Positions 13,599 to 25,830 are shown, numbered from the whole stretch's first letter. The stretch is DNA of 63,380 nucleotides, filler included, from Sphacelaria rigidula (GCA_964200075.2; 8 parts of 8 records of this genome joined end to end with filler, not necessarily neighbours in it); one strand, 5' to 3'. Notes: generated by a model from the letters alone, not told the origin. Translations and numbers: made by a program.

Positions 13599-13713
13599 GT
13601 CGGACAGTACAACAGAGACTTCGCGAAGGCTAGGGTGAAGAAGATGGATCATGACTTGGGCAGAGATGGCGAAAATCTCACCATGGCCAAGTTTCAAAAG
13701 TGGTTCAATGACG
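13599..13713 (+). CDS. PRKDC: Next exon of the DNA-PKcs-like gene
   Basis: cag|VGQYNRDFAKARVKKMDHDLGRDGENL..|gtgagt. Resembles DNA-PKcs [27 protein letters not shown] as recalled. Preceded by a polypyrimidine tract. Confidence 0.7.
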
Positions 13714-15704
13714 GTGAGTTTTTTTCTACAACATCTGTGCGGTTTGAATCCTACATGTGTTGTGGGTGACGGGAGCACAGCGACAGTTTCAAATAAATAT
13801 ATTTGAAGTACATGTGAAAGCATTGCCCAGGGTATTATCGAATATTTGACTCGGGCATATATATATATTAAGATGAAACAGCGCCTCCCAGGAATTTCTT
13901 CAACGTCTGGCTCACGTAGCGTTACAAGCCAGCTTCAGCAGAATGTGTGCAGATCTGGTGGCTACTGGCGTACATATACCACGCTCGCATATATACCGTA
14001 GCCAATTCTTGTGTAATTTTTTTACCACGAATGCGGCGGGGACTTGTACTTCTACCTATACTTGTACCTGCGGGTGGTTTGCTGCGCCGTGTCGCATGGC
14101 GTTCCCCTCGTGGTGTGGGTCGCCCATACACGGTAAGTCAGAAGGAACGTTGGCGATCCCCGGTGAGGGCTCGTCGTGGCTGGTAAATCGATGATGCGGT
14201 ACGGATCTTCGGCAACAGGGTACTGTTCGCCTCATGTTACTTCACAACCTCTTGATGCGAGGTGATGCAACTGACAACTTTTATCGATTGCTACGCGATC
14301 AGTTTGTCGCCTAGCCGATATTACCAACAACAACAGCAGTAACAACCACGGCCTTTTTAACAGCAACAACAACAGCAGCAACAACAACAACAACAGCGGC
14401 AGCTCGCGACGAGTAACACTGTCCGGTACAGCGCGGTATCGGATTAACAAACGCCAAGTATTCTGTATCGTTCTTCTTTTTTTGTCACACTTTCAATTTC
14501 TCCGCATCCTCAAAACGAGTTTGTGGTCCCAAGGGATCCTCCTAGGCACACTCCTGGGCACACGCCTTGGGTATTGGTCTCGCGGGTTAGGTGGCCGTAC
14601 TGTGTATATCTTGCGACTTTCTAGGTCCCATCCGCAATCATTTTCCAAACCCAAATTGAGACGAATTCCATGTACTCTTCAAAATGGAAACCAGGCAGGT
14701 GAGGTGGCACCCGCGAGCCAACTCGGGATTGGGTGCCGTATATGATATGTTGTTGCACCACAACTTCTAGATCTCTTGACTGCTGAAATTAGCCACTGGC
14801 GCCTCCCGCCCCCAAGTGACCGACTGATTGATAAATTGTCGGGCGTGAACTGAGTCCCTATGAGTGGAGTTGCAGTGACCAGATGGATGTTCCCAAGGTG
14901 AGCAAAAATGAACACTCTCGCTGAGGGAAGCTCGAGAGAAGGAGAAGGGCGGAGATTGACTAAAAACCAAAAGCGAAGTGGAACGAATAAAGTGATCTGG
15001 AGAAACGAGAAAAACATGACAAAACAAAATGACATAAAAATGGGGCGAGGTGAGGAGAAACTCAAGTTTTCTCTTGGCCCTCTATCCGGATACTTGCTGT
15101 TTCATTTCGGGATCACCGGGGGGGGGGGGGGGGGGAAAGGAGAAAAAAAACCCCCCCCCAAAAACACGGAAAAACAAAAAAAGGGATCCCCCGTTTCGGT
15201 CGCGTTTTTTTTTTTTTTTNNNNNNNNNGGGGGAGAGTGAAAATCTACTTCCTTTCTCCTTGCCCTCACACGGTGGATTTTTTGGGTTGTCGCGGGCGGG
15301 GGGGGGGGGGGGGGGGGGGGGGAAGAGAGAGAACAAACACCCCCGCAAATACACGGATAAACCAAAAAATGGATGCGCCGTTTCGGTCGCATTTGCTTTC
15401 TTTGTCGTTGATAAGATAAGGCTCTCAAGATATACTTTGCTTCCCCGCCTCCTTCCCCCACTCGCCAATCCCCATCCCTATCCCCACACGATGAAACAAC
15501 AGCGAGAAAATGGAGGAGCAAAATGGATGCGCCGTCCAGGATGCCCCTCTCGGCCTTCTCTACGTGGATGACAGATTTCGACCCGCATGTCCACGTACTA
15601 GAAGTGCCGGGACAGTATGGGGGAATTGCCACGGGTCCTCCTCGCACTTCGCATCACAGCCGCATCATCAGGTGATGGTGTGGGGGGTGGGTGGGGGAGG
15701 GGGA

Positions 15705-15771
15705 GGCTACTCTTTTGTTGCTTGGCTTGGTCGTTTGATCATTGACCATGCATTCCTTCCGAGACGGAGCA
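15705..15771 (-). mobile_element. Family A copy (subfamily A2), running into the contig end
   Basis: G-rich tract then CTACTCTTTTGTTGCTTGG..CATTGACCATGCATTCC..GAGACGGAG, the reverse complement of 47626-47689. Confidence 0.75.
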
Positions 15772-15904
15772 NNNNNNNNNNNNNNNNNNNNNNNNNNNNN
15801 NNNNNNNNNNNNNNNTTAATTAATTAANNNNNNNNNNNNNNNNNNNNNNNNNNNNNNNNNNNNNNNNNNNNATCTGGCGTTTGTTGTTTGTTTGTTTTTC
15901 TTCC

Positions 15905-16212
15905 TTTTCTCTCCCCGTTGAACTCGGGGGAGCTACTTCTCACCGGTTTTCGTGGCGTCTCTTTTCTTATTTTTCCTATATTTTGGTAATGTTTCTGGTA
16001 AGGAATAGCGAGGAGGGTATTGGAAAGGCGAGCCTACGTCTGTGACCGCGAGTTCGCGAGATCGGACTAATGTGCGGAAATAATAATGATAATAACAACT
16101 AGGACGTGTCTTAGCACATTCCGCCTACGTCTGTGACCGCGGGTTCGCGAGATCGGACTAATGTGCGGAAATAATAATGATAATAACAACTAGGACGTGT
16201 CTTAGCACATTG
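15905..16212 (+). mobile_element. Family C non-LTR 3' region with (TAA)n tail and a roughly 90-bp tandem duplication of its end
   Basis: Homologous to about 40750-40995. The unit CCTACGTCTGTG..CTTAGCACATT occurs at 16033 and again at 16124. Confidence 0.8.
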
Positions 16213-16846
16213 GTTTTCGATCGAAATTGTGCGATGGAAAACAAAAATCACTAACCCTCACCCTAACCGTCGTCGCAAATTGTAAAGATGGTTGAAATCA
16301 CGACCTATCAGATCGAGATATTTGTTTTCCACCGCACATTTTCGATCGAAAACCAATGTGCTAAGGCAGACTTTAATGGGAGCCGTTCAAAATTCCTGTT
16401 CAAAACTGCCTTTTTGGCCCTTCTCCGTCGTTTTCCGCCTGAAAAAAGGGCTAGGCGGATGTTGACGCCTTGGAATGACTTCCTCTACTCATTGAGGTCG
16501 TGTCAGGGCAACTTTGCATTTCTCGCTGGCCGCACTTTCACTTTTGGCCAAACACGGATTTTCAACAAAAAACGGTCGAGCGATAAAAAAACCGGAGAAA
16601 TTTTTGATCACCTGACTGTTTTTACTGAAAATATGTGTTTGGCCTCATTTGACCAAAAACTAAAGTGCGGCCAGCGGGAAATGCAAAGTTGCCCTAGAAC
16701 GGTCGCAACGAGTAGAGGAAGTCATTCCAAGGCGTCAACATGCATCTAACCCGCTTTTCGGGGGTAAATCGACGGAGAAGGGCCCAAAAGGCAGTTGTCG
16801 AGAGGAATTTTGAACGGCTCCCATTAGAGTTGGCCTAAGATACGTC
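16194..16846. mobile_element. MITE with a CCCTAA motif, whose right TIR is interrupted by a Tourist-like element
   Basis: GACGTGTCTTAGCACATTGGTTTTCGATCGAAA versus TTTCGATCGAAAACCAATGTGCTAA[insert]TAAGATACGTC. Confidence 0.8.
16365..16835. mobile_element. Tourist-like (PIF/Harbinger) foldback MITE
   Basis: TAA|GGC...GCC|TAA duplication, and the element is palindromic over most of its length. Relatives at 45841-46318 and 63335-63380. Confidence 0.85.
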
Positions 16847-17989
16847 GTTCGCACTTTGTAGTTCGATGAAATAAGTGCGGTGGATTTTTTTTCGCCGATC
16901 TGATACGTGCCCAACTTTTTTGCTCCCAGAAGGCTTCAACTCAAAATTGTAATTAGGGGCGCGCGGAGAAGAATGCAACGAGGTGAAGAACAATCATGTT
17001 CGATCGAAAACATGTGGTCGAAAGGCACGAAGCGGCACTGGATTCATATCTTACACACCACCACGCCAGATGACACCTGTTCAAAGGACCATGCAAACCC
17101 CATTCACCTCATTCTCAGCTACCCCAGCAATCCTGCAGCATAGCGCACGGGTTGAGCCCAGGGATAGATACACTGCAGTACAGTAGTTGGTTGTGCTTTG
17201 TTTATTTTTGTTGGCGAAAACTTTACTTTGCATCTTCTCTCATTGTGGGGATCAGCGACGGAACTGTGTGGTACGGTGCGCAACCGAGTTGCGTGCACGC
17301 TCATGGACAGTGCAGGCAGCACAAAGCTGCATGTTGCTGAAGTCCTCTTCACGTCGCATTGTAAGCAGACAGAAGTGGTACTCCTGGGCTGTCTGCACCG
17401 CACGTTGCCCGCGTCTCTTCTATATCCTCCTGAACGAAACACGCACACACGCACCCAAGACACTGCTTGCAAGCAATGCAGACAGTATAGACGGAGACAA
17501 AAACATCCGGCTCCAAAGTCCACCGAACCGCGGCAAATCGGCTATTAAATTGACCGAACGCCGAACGCCAGGAAATTGAATCTTGGGAACACAGAAAGGC
17601 CTTCAAACAGGAAACAACAGACACAGCGCCTATGATTGTTGTTGATCGAAACCATATTGATATGACGCACGCACATGTCGCGCTTACGCCTATGGTGTAA
17701 GGGAATATAAATATGAGCGCGTTATCGTTTGAACGTCATGTTTTGCACATATACAACAAAGGCTGCGATTGCCAAATAATAGACAACCCAGAAAGAGACG
17801 AAAAAACAAAAAAAAAACTGCGACAGCAAAATTCACCGGACTCCGAGAAATCGAAGCTGGGAAACCAAGAAATGCCTGCGAAAAAAGCGCCGCGCGGTAA
17901 GCTGCAAGTTTTAGTGTTTCTGCTTACGCTCTCACTGATCGGACGCCTACGCTGTAACGAAAGCTAATCGTGTAACCGCTTCCACGTGA

Positions 17990-18580
17990 GTGTCTTTGCA
18001 CATATACAGTCATATATGGACCAAAGAAAACTCCAGCCTGAAGGAAGCATCGACGCTTTTCTTGCCTTTTGGTGTCTTTTGCGCGTTCATCGTGTATGCA
18101 TGTAAGATTGAAGTTTCTGTTTTTCAGAATCAAGGCACCAGGACCACCATCATCAAGGCTCCGCGTATGACCAATTACGTGCATATTCAGGAACTGATAG
18201 CTTGGGTCAACGTGGAATCTTGCGCTCGTCTAAGGTTAGCGGTGATGAAAAATCATTGCACTACCTGATCAACCTTACGTTATCATGTGTTTTGCACAAT
18301 GCAGCCACACATATACAGCGACATGGTGCAAGGGAAACTCTAGCCCGGAGGAAACAGATACGCTCTTCTTGCGTTTTAGTGTCTCCTGTGTTCATCGCGT
18401 ATGCGTGTAAGAGTCAGATTTCCGTTTTTCAGAATCAAAGTGTCAGAGCTACCATCAGGGCTCCGCGTATTACCTATTACGCGCACTTTCAGGCACTGAC
18501 AGCTTGGGTCGAAGGTCGAATCTCGTCCTCGTCGAAGGTGAACGGTGTTGGAAAAACATTGCACCATCTCATCAATCTTT
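17990..18580. repeat. Diverged tandem duplication, unit about 300 bp
   Basis: Repeated blocks GTTCATCG.GTATGC.TGTAAGA, TTTTTCAGAATCAA, GGCTCCGCGTAT and AGCTTGGGTC. Confidence 0.85.
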
Positions 18581-18848
18581 CGAAAATGAAAGACGTCGCA
18601 CGGTGACGTGGAGCTGAAGGTGTTTGTGAAGCGTATTGTTTCGAGAGTAGGTCTCATTATCCCGCTTGCACGGGAGCGTTCACACGTAATCTTAGTTAGA
18701 CATTTACTTGCACTAACGGATTCTGCGTTGTATCATTTTAGTAAACCCGATTATGGCACTGTCACTGAAACCGTTATACCCAAACAATCAAATACCCAAA
18801 GCCAAGGAGACGAATGGGAAAGAGGGAGCATACACGCAAATATATATA

Positions 18849-20270
18849 TCACACCCTGGACAATACAATACGTAGTATATATTGCCCGCTCAATATGTCG
18901 ACGCGTCGGGTGGTCAACAGATATTGGGCGAGCAATATGATGGCACGAGAAAGGGTCAATATATATTGTGCCATCAATATGTCAAGGCTCGCCACATGCA
19001 ATATATACCGACCGAACAAAATATCACGACACGCGTCACCTCATTATATATTGACCGAGTAATATGTTAGTGCGGTAAGGCATCAATATATATTTATCGA
19101 GTAAAATACTGGCTGCCACACAAGGTCAATCTATCTAATGATTCGATATACAGTACTCAACACCCGAAGCGCCAATATATATTGCCGCCGCAATATGTCG
19201 TGCGCCAATGCGTCCAATATATATTGGGTGGACAATACACGAGGGAACCGACGGTCACAATACATATTGGTGTAGCAATATATATATATATATATTGATT
19301 TTCAACATGTAGATTGGAAAGTGTATTGGAATTAGTATAGTAGGCAGTTCTGTGTTCGCGGGTGCTACTGAACGATGTATCACCACATTCCGAAAACGCT
19401 CGATGTACTCCTCCTCCGCAAGCGTGTTCAATATATATTGGCTGCACAATAGCTATGCGATGAGCGTGCGCAACATATATTGGGAAAACAATACTTTTGC
19501 ATGGTTTGCGTTCAATATATATTATGGTAACAGTATACTACGCATCGCTTCGACTCAATATATATTGACACTCCAATACATACACGGCCGGCATTCACAA
19601 TATATATGTTGGATGTTTTATTCCCGGGGCAAATGCATGTCCAATGAGTCATCCTACGATAGGGGTGGGGTATTTTGGGCCATTTGTTGCACGAAATTCC
19701 AGGTCAAATTGTCGTTAAAAGCAACAACGGTTGCTCGAATAAGCTTGTTATAGATGCGTGACGCTCATTCATGCCGATTAACATCGTTTCGAACCAAATA
19801 CAAGCGCACCGCGAGTGTGGCAGGTCGTCTGACACACTTTTAAGCCTCTTTTTTCGTGCAACCAGATACCCCCCCCCCCTATCGTAGGATGACTCCAATA
19901 TATATTGTCATACATTACTTCATGATCATGACACGAGAAATATATGCTGTTGCTTCAATGTCTCTCCGAGAACATGTCAACACAGTATATTGCAACGACA
20001 ATATTTGCGCTGGCTCCAATACAAAGTATTGGTATCATATTGGAAAATATTTTATTGTTCAGGGTATAATAAGCAACACAGCCCCGGTGACCACAGGGGT
20101 ACCAAAAGGCGCATATCGACCCGAGTTTTGTGTCATTGTGATGTTTAGCCAAGATATATTAATTAGATGCAGGGAAGGGGATGGGCGGCCCCGCACCGGT
20201 GGCCAGTACCAGGAGGCATATATACCGGGCCGCCTGTTCTTTCACCATATTTTCTGACTAGTACATATGT

Positions 20271-20305
<35 letters not shown>

Positions 20306-20620
20306 AAACGCATTCGACAACCCTTCGTAGTAATGCACGCGAACTTCTGCAGCTCCCTCAGAAGCTTTTCCCAATCTGCACCGGCTCCGGCATTCATCGC
20401 GTCTGGATCTTCCTTGAGTGCACACCATAATATCCAATATATGTTGACCGACCAATACATTGGCACCCACGTAGACCCAATATATATATTGACCGGTCAA
20501 TATATATATATATATTGTTTTCACCAATGTGACCTTAATATATATCAGTCGTGCAATATGCTGTCGCCCACGCTGCCCCAATATATATTAATAGGACAAT
20601 ATGTGCTCAACTCCACAGTA

Positions 20621-20654
<34 letters not shown>

Positions 20655-20803
20655 GCGGGCAATATGTGTGCATTCCCACGACATCAATATATATTGGGCG
20701 CGCAATATGTGTGCAGTCCGAGGGTACCGATATATATATATTACGCCGGTAATATATCGCAACATTTCAGGATTGAGCACGTATTGTATTGTTCAGGGTG
20801 TGA
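18849..20803. mobile_element. Non-autonomous TIR element of about 1.95 kb, dense in CAATATATATTG motifs
   Basis: 25-bp TIR TCACACCCTG(G/A)ACAATACAATACGT with one mismatch. Roughly 30 CAATAT/ATATTG half-sites inside. Confidence 0.8.
19646..19895. mobile_element. Sola-like MITE, 250 bp
   Basis: Perfect 20-bp TIR GAGTCATCCTACGATAGGGG, GAG..CTC termini and a 4-bp TSD CAAT. Another right end lies at 47690-47713. Confidence 0.8.
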
Positions 20804-23288
20804 CATTTATCTCGCGGTGGACTGAAAATGTTTTCAACCGCACTTCCATATCCTGCGAATACTGTATGCTGGATTGCATCCAATCAACAGCGAACGATAG
20901 TTGTTTACTCTCACATGGCAGCATCATACTCGCATGATTCCCTGCTACTCGAAATGATCGAGCTACAGTGCAACGGGTCGCAGCCCCATTGATGTTACTT
21001 CGAGTCCGAGTCTAGCGCTTTTCAAGTGACCAGTCGTGAAGCGCTGCGACCATATATTCACTACACCTCAGGCGCAATCATTCCGAACGCTGTCGCTCAG
21101 GTAGCACAGATAGGTCGGTTGATAGCAGTGAAGGACTGGAAAATCGTCGGACGTTTGCTTTATGTCCGGTCTTATGTAAAGCCAAATGTTTTCTAGCTTG
21201 ATATATCGATTGCGCACCGGGCTGATGATGTGCCAAGGTTGTAATCGTTCCAAATAAGCGCCGTTTTCGCACCAAAAAAAGTGATTTTTTCTCGGAATGG
21301 TTGAAAAGGCGGAGGTAATTCGAGGCTTTCCAAGGTGTAAATATCACGGAAGGAAGCTGAACTTGAATTGTTGGCGTACTTTGCAGCAGACAGAGAGTCG
21401 GCCCTTGGCTGGAATAGTGACCCTACGAAAAAAATACGCGCTTACGTACGAGAACGCCGACCAGCAAAGGCAGAACCAGACGTGGACGTGTATCGTCCTT
21501 AACATGTTGCGGCGATCTGCATGTTACTGTTCTAGACATACTACGGGGAGTTTTGCTCCTGTCCCAAAACCTTGATCCTTCGACTGCCAGAGTGATTCAT
21601 CCGAGTCTTACACTCGCTTCTCAAAAGGAAGTGGCGTCGATTCAGCTGTTGATCCACCCTGCCGGTCAAAGGGCAAGTAACAGAAACAGCAAGTTCTTGT
21701 TTGTGGCCCTTGATTTTGGTACAGACAGTTGCAAGTTGTCCCGTTGCAGCTTTTCCGCATTTGAGATCACGAACAGTAGCGAATTTGCCCATCAGGCATG
21801 AACTGCACTTCATTTCGTTGAAGCTTGTACAATTGTCGTAGAGGACGGTAGCTGAAACTGCTACGGCTGTTCCCGAAGAATGCGTTGAGATGGAGGTGTA
21901 CAGTATGGATTTTGCTATGTTTCAGCCGATCAGCTGAACTGGTGCCGTTATGTGTGAAATCAACATTTCGGTGATGGATGTATCTGCGAGAAAGAAGACG
22001 TTCGATGTTCGATATTCATTTTGTCCCTTGTCGCCAAGTTTCAGATAAGTTACGAGGCTATGCTTTATGGAACCGCGCATACCTTAGTTTTGTCACGTTC
22101 AGGAGCAATAAGTTTGATTCGTTTCCACCTCGGGGATAGGAACATAGGCGTCCAATATAGAAAAGGTTTCGAATACCGCTGGGACTGTCTGTCGTGGGCC
22201 CCATTTGTTCGATGAATTGCGTCCTGATCGAAGGAGCTTTCCATGCAGTTCCAACGGGGCTCTGAGTGCATTGACCTACAGATTATCGCTTGTGTTGATC
22301 GTTCGCGGTTTTGGAAGCTTCACATGCGCACAGTCAGTCGACAAATTCCAGTATAAAGTAGACAGAACTTTCACGTGTGGCAGGGGGGATCGCATGTGTA
22401 GAAACCGACAAGGAAACACCCCCAATCTGTGGCATAGCCCAAGAGGGAAGTGGAGAGATTTAACTCCAAGCAGTCAAGCGGCCACACGTGGTTCCATATT
22501 CACGGCCCAGGTGTAAAGGTGCGAATTTTCCGGCGAGGTTCGGCTTGAGGCTGAAACTCCATTCCGGGCCGGTCACCTCAGTTCAAGTCAGCCACACCAA
22601 CTCCCACCTCTCCTATAATTTTCTCACATTTTCGTCGACCATATGCAGCCGTGGGCACATCATCCTACAAATGTATTCCCCGTCAGTCATGCGCGAGAGT
22701 TTCGAGCCGGAAAACCGACTCAGGCTGACTCTCTGGCTTTCTGTGATCGAAAAGTCCCGCTCTGCTTGTTCTCGAGGCAATCTGTCCTTGAGGGCTATGC
22801 GCTAGATTTTGCATCTGGAAAATCCACTACGGCTGATCTTATCTCCTCCTGTGATCGGAAGATCCCGCTATGGTTCTTGTTACGGCACTCTTTGTGCTGT
22901 GCTCATCGATCAGCATCTGTGGTAGGCACAGCTGAGCATACCGTGACGCACGCGTCGACGACTGTGGTACGAAAAAAGATGCATGGCGTCGACGGTATCT
23001 TGGATACACGAAACCATGTGAAACACCTGCGAGGGGAGCAGTCTAGAGCGGCCGTCACAGCTTGAAACACGTCATCAGAAGTTTCACGCAAAGGTGCGCC
23101 ATTCCGTGATCTCCCTCAAGATATCAAAGGAATCAGGCTTGCTGTAAAACCTCCTTTACCTCACCAACACGCTCGTTCAGGTTGTGCGGTGAACGGATGC
23201 GCTGAAGCGAAGGAGCGGGCATGAAAATTATTTGATTTGATACCGATTGGTTGTCGTACTTGAACTGACCCCCCCCCCAGGGATCCAG

Positions 23289-23706
23289 GGATGGTGAGAC
23301 ACCCATGAGGCAGTGTATGAGACGTGGCTGTTTCTGGAAGTGGCGATAGCAGGCAATAAAGCAACTCATTGGAAGCTATCATCCAAATGCAAGATATCAG
23401 TAGGCTTCGGGGTTAACAATCTTGGCAAGATGCAGCTACCGCTTAGTGTTTACATGGTGAGGCACCGATGAGGCAGCGTATAAGCCGTGGCTGTCTCAGG
23501 AAGTGGTGATACCAAAAAATGAAGCAACTCATTGTAGGCTGCCATCCAAATGCGAGATAAATCAGGACGCTCCTGGCCGAAATCTTAGCAGGATGCAGCT
23601 CACCCTTCATGCGACTCGCCGAACACACCACGGCGCTTCGCGCTGGGTGATTGAGTGCGAGCCTACTCCGGCGAAAATCCGGTGTGCTCCGTCCCGGCTT
23701 TGTAGG
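23289..23706 (+). mobile_element. Family A, longest copy (internal duplication of about 165 bp), 3' end lost at the contig end
   Basis: Matches 43540-43750 and 51625-51886. Begins about 10 nt after the C-run at 23269-23278. Confidence 0.8.
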
Positions 23707-24246
23707 NNNNNNNNNNNNNNNNNNNNNNNNNNNNNNNNNNNNNNNNNNNNTTAATTAATTAANNNNNNNNNNNNNNNNNNNNNNNNNNNNNNNNNNNNNN
23801 NNNNNNAGGTCGACGAGATCGTGTCTGATTCAGCTGGCCTCTCGATAGACTCTCCCCAACAAACCACGGTCCCGGACAAGAGCAAATGGAGAAACAAAAC
23901 ACGAAGACGGGACGGGGGAAGCGAAAAAGCAAGAGAGATCGGAGCCGGAGTAACTTTGTTCGGTTCGTAAAAGTATGTCCATGTGTAATGCACTCCGAGA
24001 GAATATGAAGAGCAAAACACTGTCGCGTGTATATCCAGCCGCTCCGGGGATGTCGGAGAGCCTGGTGTGTACTGGAGCAGACAACACCATGGTGACTGTG
24101 TTTTGCTCCTCTGTTTCTTGGTTATGCAGAGTCCACCTTTATCGGCCTGCCGTCTGTGCATCATCCCTGCTCTGCCATGAAGCTTCAGTGTTGTGTTTCC
24201 ATCTACTGAATTGACTGGCGTGATTCGTTCGGAATATGAACGGACC

Positions 24247-25090
24247 CAGATTGCCCACGGTTGAGGCCCAAGGGTTCACGTATATAGCTGGGGGCAGGAC
24301 GCGTTCGCGATTTCAAAAAGGTTTCTGGTAATCTTTCCATGGTGATACCCATAGATAATGGGAGCAATAGAAGGAACGCACGGAGGGAGAGAGAGAAAAT
24401 ACAACACTCTACTGTACTGTGCTGCGTTGTACTGCATCGCCGTCTATTGTGCTGTTGTGCCTTGTTGTTCGGCGTTGCCCATCTACGTACCCCACCTGCA
24501 GAGCGAGTCACGTGGTGTGCATTGGCATAATTTTGACTTGAAAGTTGAATGCAAGACACAGATTACCCACCGTGGAGGGTCAAGGGTTCACTTCCAGAGC
24601 TAAGGGCAGGACGAGTTCACGCTTTCAAAAAGTTTCGTGTAACCTGGGCCATGGTGATGGCCATAGATGAAGGGAGAACTGGAACGGAACGTAGGGGGGG
24701 GGCGGGAGAGAAGACAACACGCTCCTGAAATATACTGTTCTACATTGTGCTGCATCGTCCTGTCCTGCACTGAGCCTTGATCGGGTCTATCCATCTGTCT
24801 GCAGCCACCTTCAGTAAAGTAATCTGTTGTGCATTGGCATAACTTTGACTCGAAAGATGAATGCAAGACCCAGGTGACCCACCGTGGAGGCTCATAGGTT
24901 CAACGCTTTTCAAAGATTTCGTGTTATCCGATCATTAATGGTGCCCATCGAAAAAGGGAAACACAGCACCGGGGAAAGAGACAAGAAAGCACGGTACTGT
25001 AATCTGCCACATAGCTCTTTTTACTGCATTGTACTACTCCTACTGTTGTTGTACTCTGTGTACTACTCTCTGTTTCTATTCGGCTTTGTC
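24247..25090. repeat. Diverged tandem array, about three units of about 311 bp
   Basis: CCCAC.GT.GAGG..CA..GGTTCA recurs at about 24255, 24566 and 24878. GTGCATTGGCATAA.TTTGACT.GAAAG.TGAATGCAAGAC occurs twice. Confidence 0.85.
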
Positions 25091-25329
25091 TGTAGTCGCC
25101 GCCAGGGTGGGCATCTGCATCGGAAGAATCTTGATGAATTATCAGTACGCCCATAAGCAATGCACCTGCGGCAGTGTGTGTGATCTGCGCAGAAGGCCTT
25201 CCGGGGTCCTCGTGGAACCGACCGGACGGATCCTTTGTTTCTGACTGGCTAGCTTGATTTGTTCATCAGGAAGAGCGAGGACACTTTTCGGGGAAAATTT
25301 ATTGTACGATTTGTGAGCGATTCGCACCC

Positions 25330-25830
25330 CCAACAATGTGGTAGCCGCCTTGCTGGTAGGCCTGCCCTCGTCTGCCCCCCAATCATGATTCCACGCATGA
25401 CAATGTTGGGGAGGCGTTCGTCGCGCATGCGCGTAACGCGGCCGGGGTGTAGGAGAGTTCGCCTCATCACTGTGGTCTCAATGCACTCGCAGCTAGTTCG
25501 CTCGAGAGCCTCGTGGTATGGCAGCATGTGGCAGTCAGGGGCGCTGCGGCTCGAGGTATGCTTGTTGAGACACCTCAGCAGGGATCCTCGATGGGCATCC
25601 CGTAGCGCACCGAAGTTGCCGTGTGCGGTCGTCCAGGTCACGTAGCCTTACAGCATTACCTCGATCACTTCAGTTTTCAGGAGACGAACCTCGGTGGCGA
25701 GGGCGATGTACGGGTGGGTTGTCGTATACCGCTTTGCTGTACTTGTACAAGCACGTCCAGGCCTGGCCAATGCGGCTGCGGATCTCGGGACTGACATCAC
25801 GGATGCTGCTGATGCCAATAGCATCTCCTA
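25330..25830 (-). mobile_element. RTE-clade LINE fragment (end of the reverse transcriptase ORF), frameshifted
   Basis: Peptides DVSPEIRSRIGQAW and TWT...YHEALERTSCECIETT..RVTRMRDERLPNIVMRG..G.P are typical of RTE ORF C-termini. Confidence 0.8.

Noticed and set aside
15043-15410. Tandem duplication around the short N gap at 15220
   Set aside because: The left copy looks like a low-quality, homopolymer-inflated version of the right, so it is probably an assembly overlap artefact.
20182-20262. Helitron 3' end (GC stem then CTAGT)
   Set aside because: The loop and spacing are much longer than typical and no 5' end or second copy was seen.
23460-23495. Hammerhead-like CCGATGAGGC..GCCG in family A
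   Set aside because: Both duplicated copies have GTGG where GAAA is required and lack CTGA.
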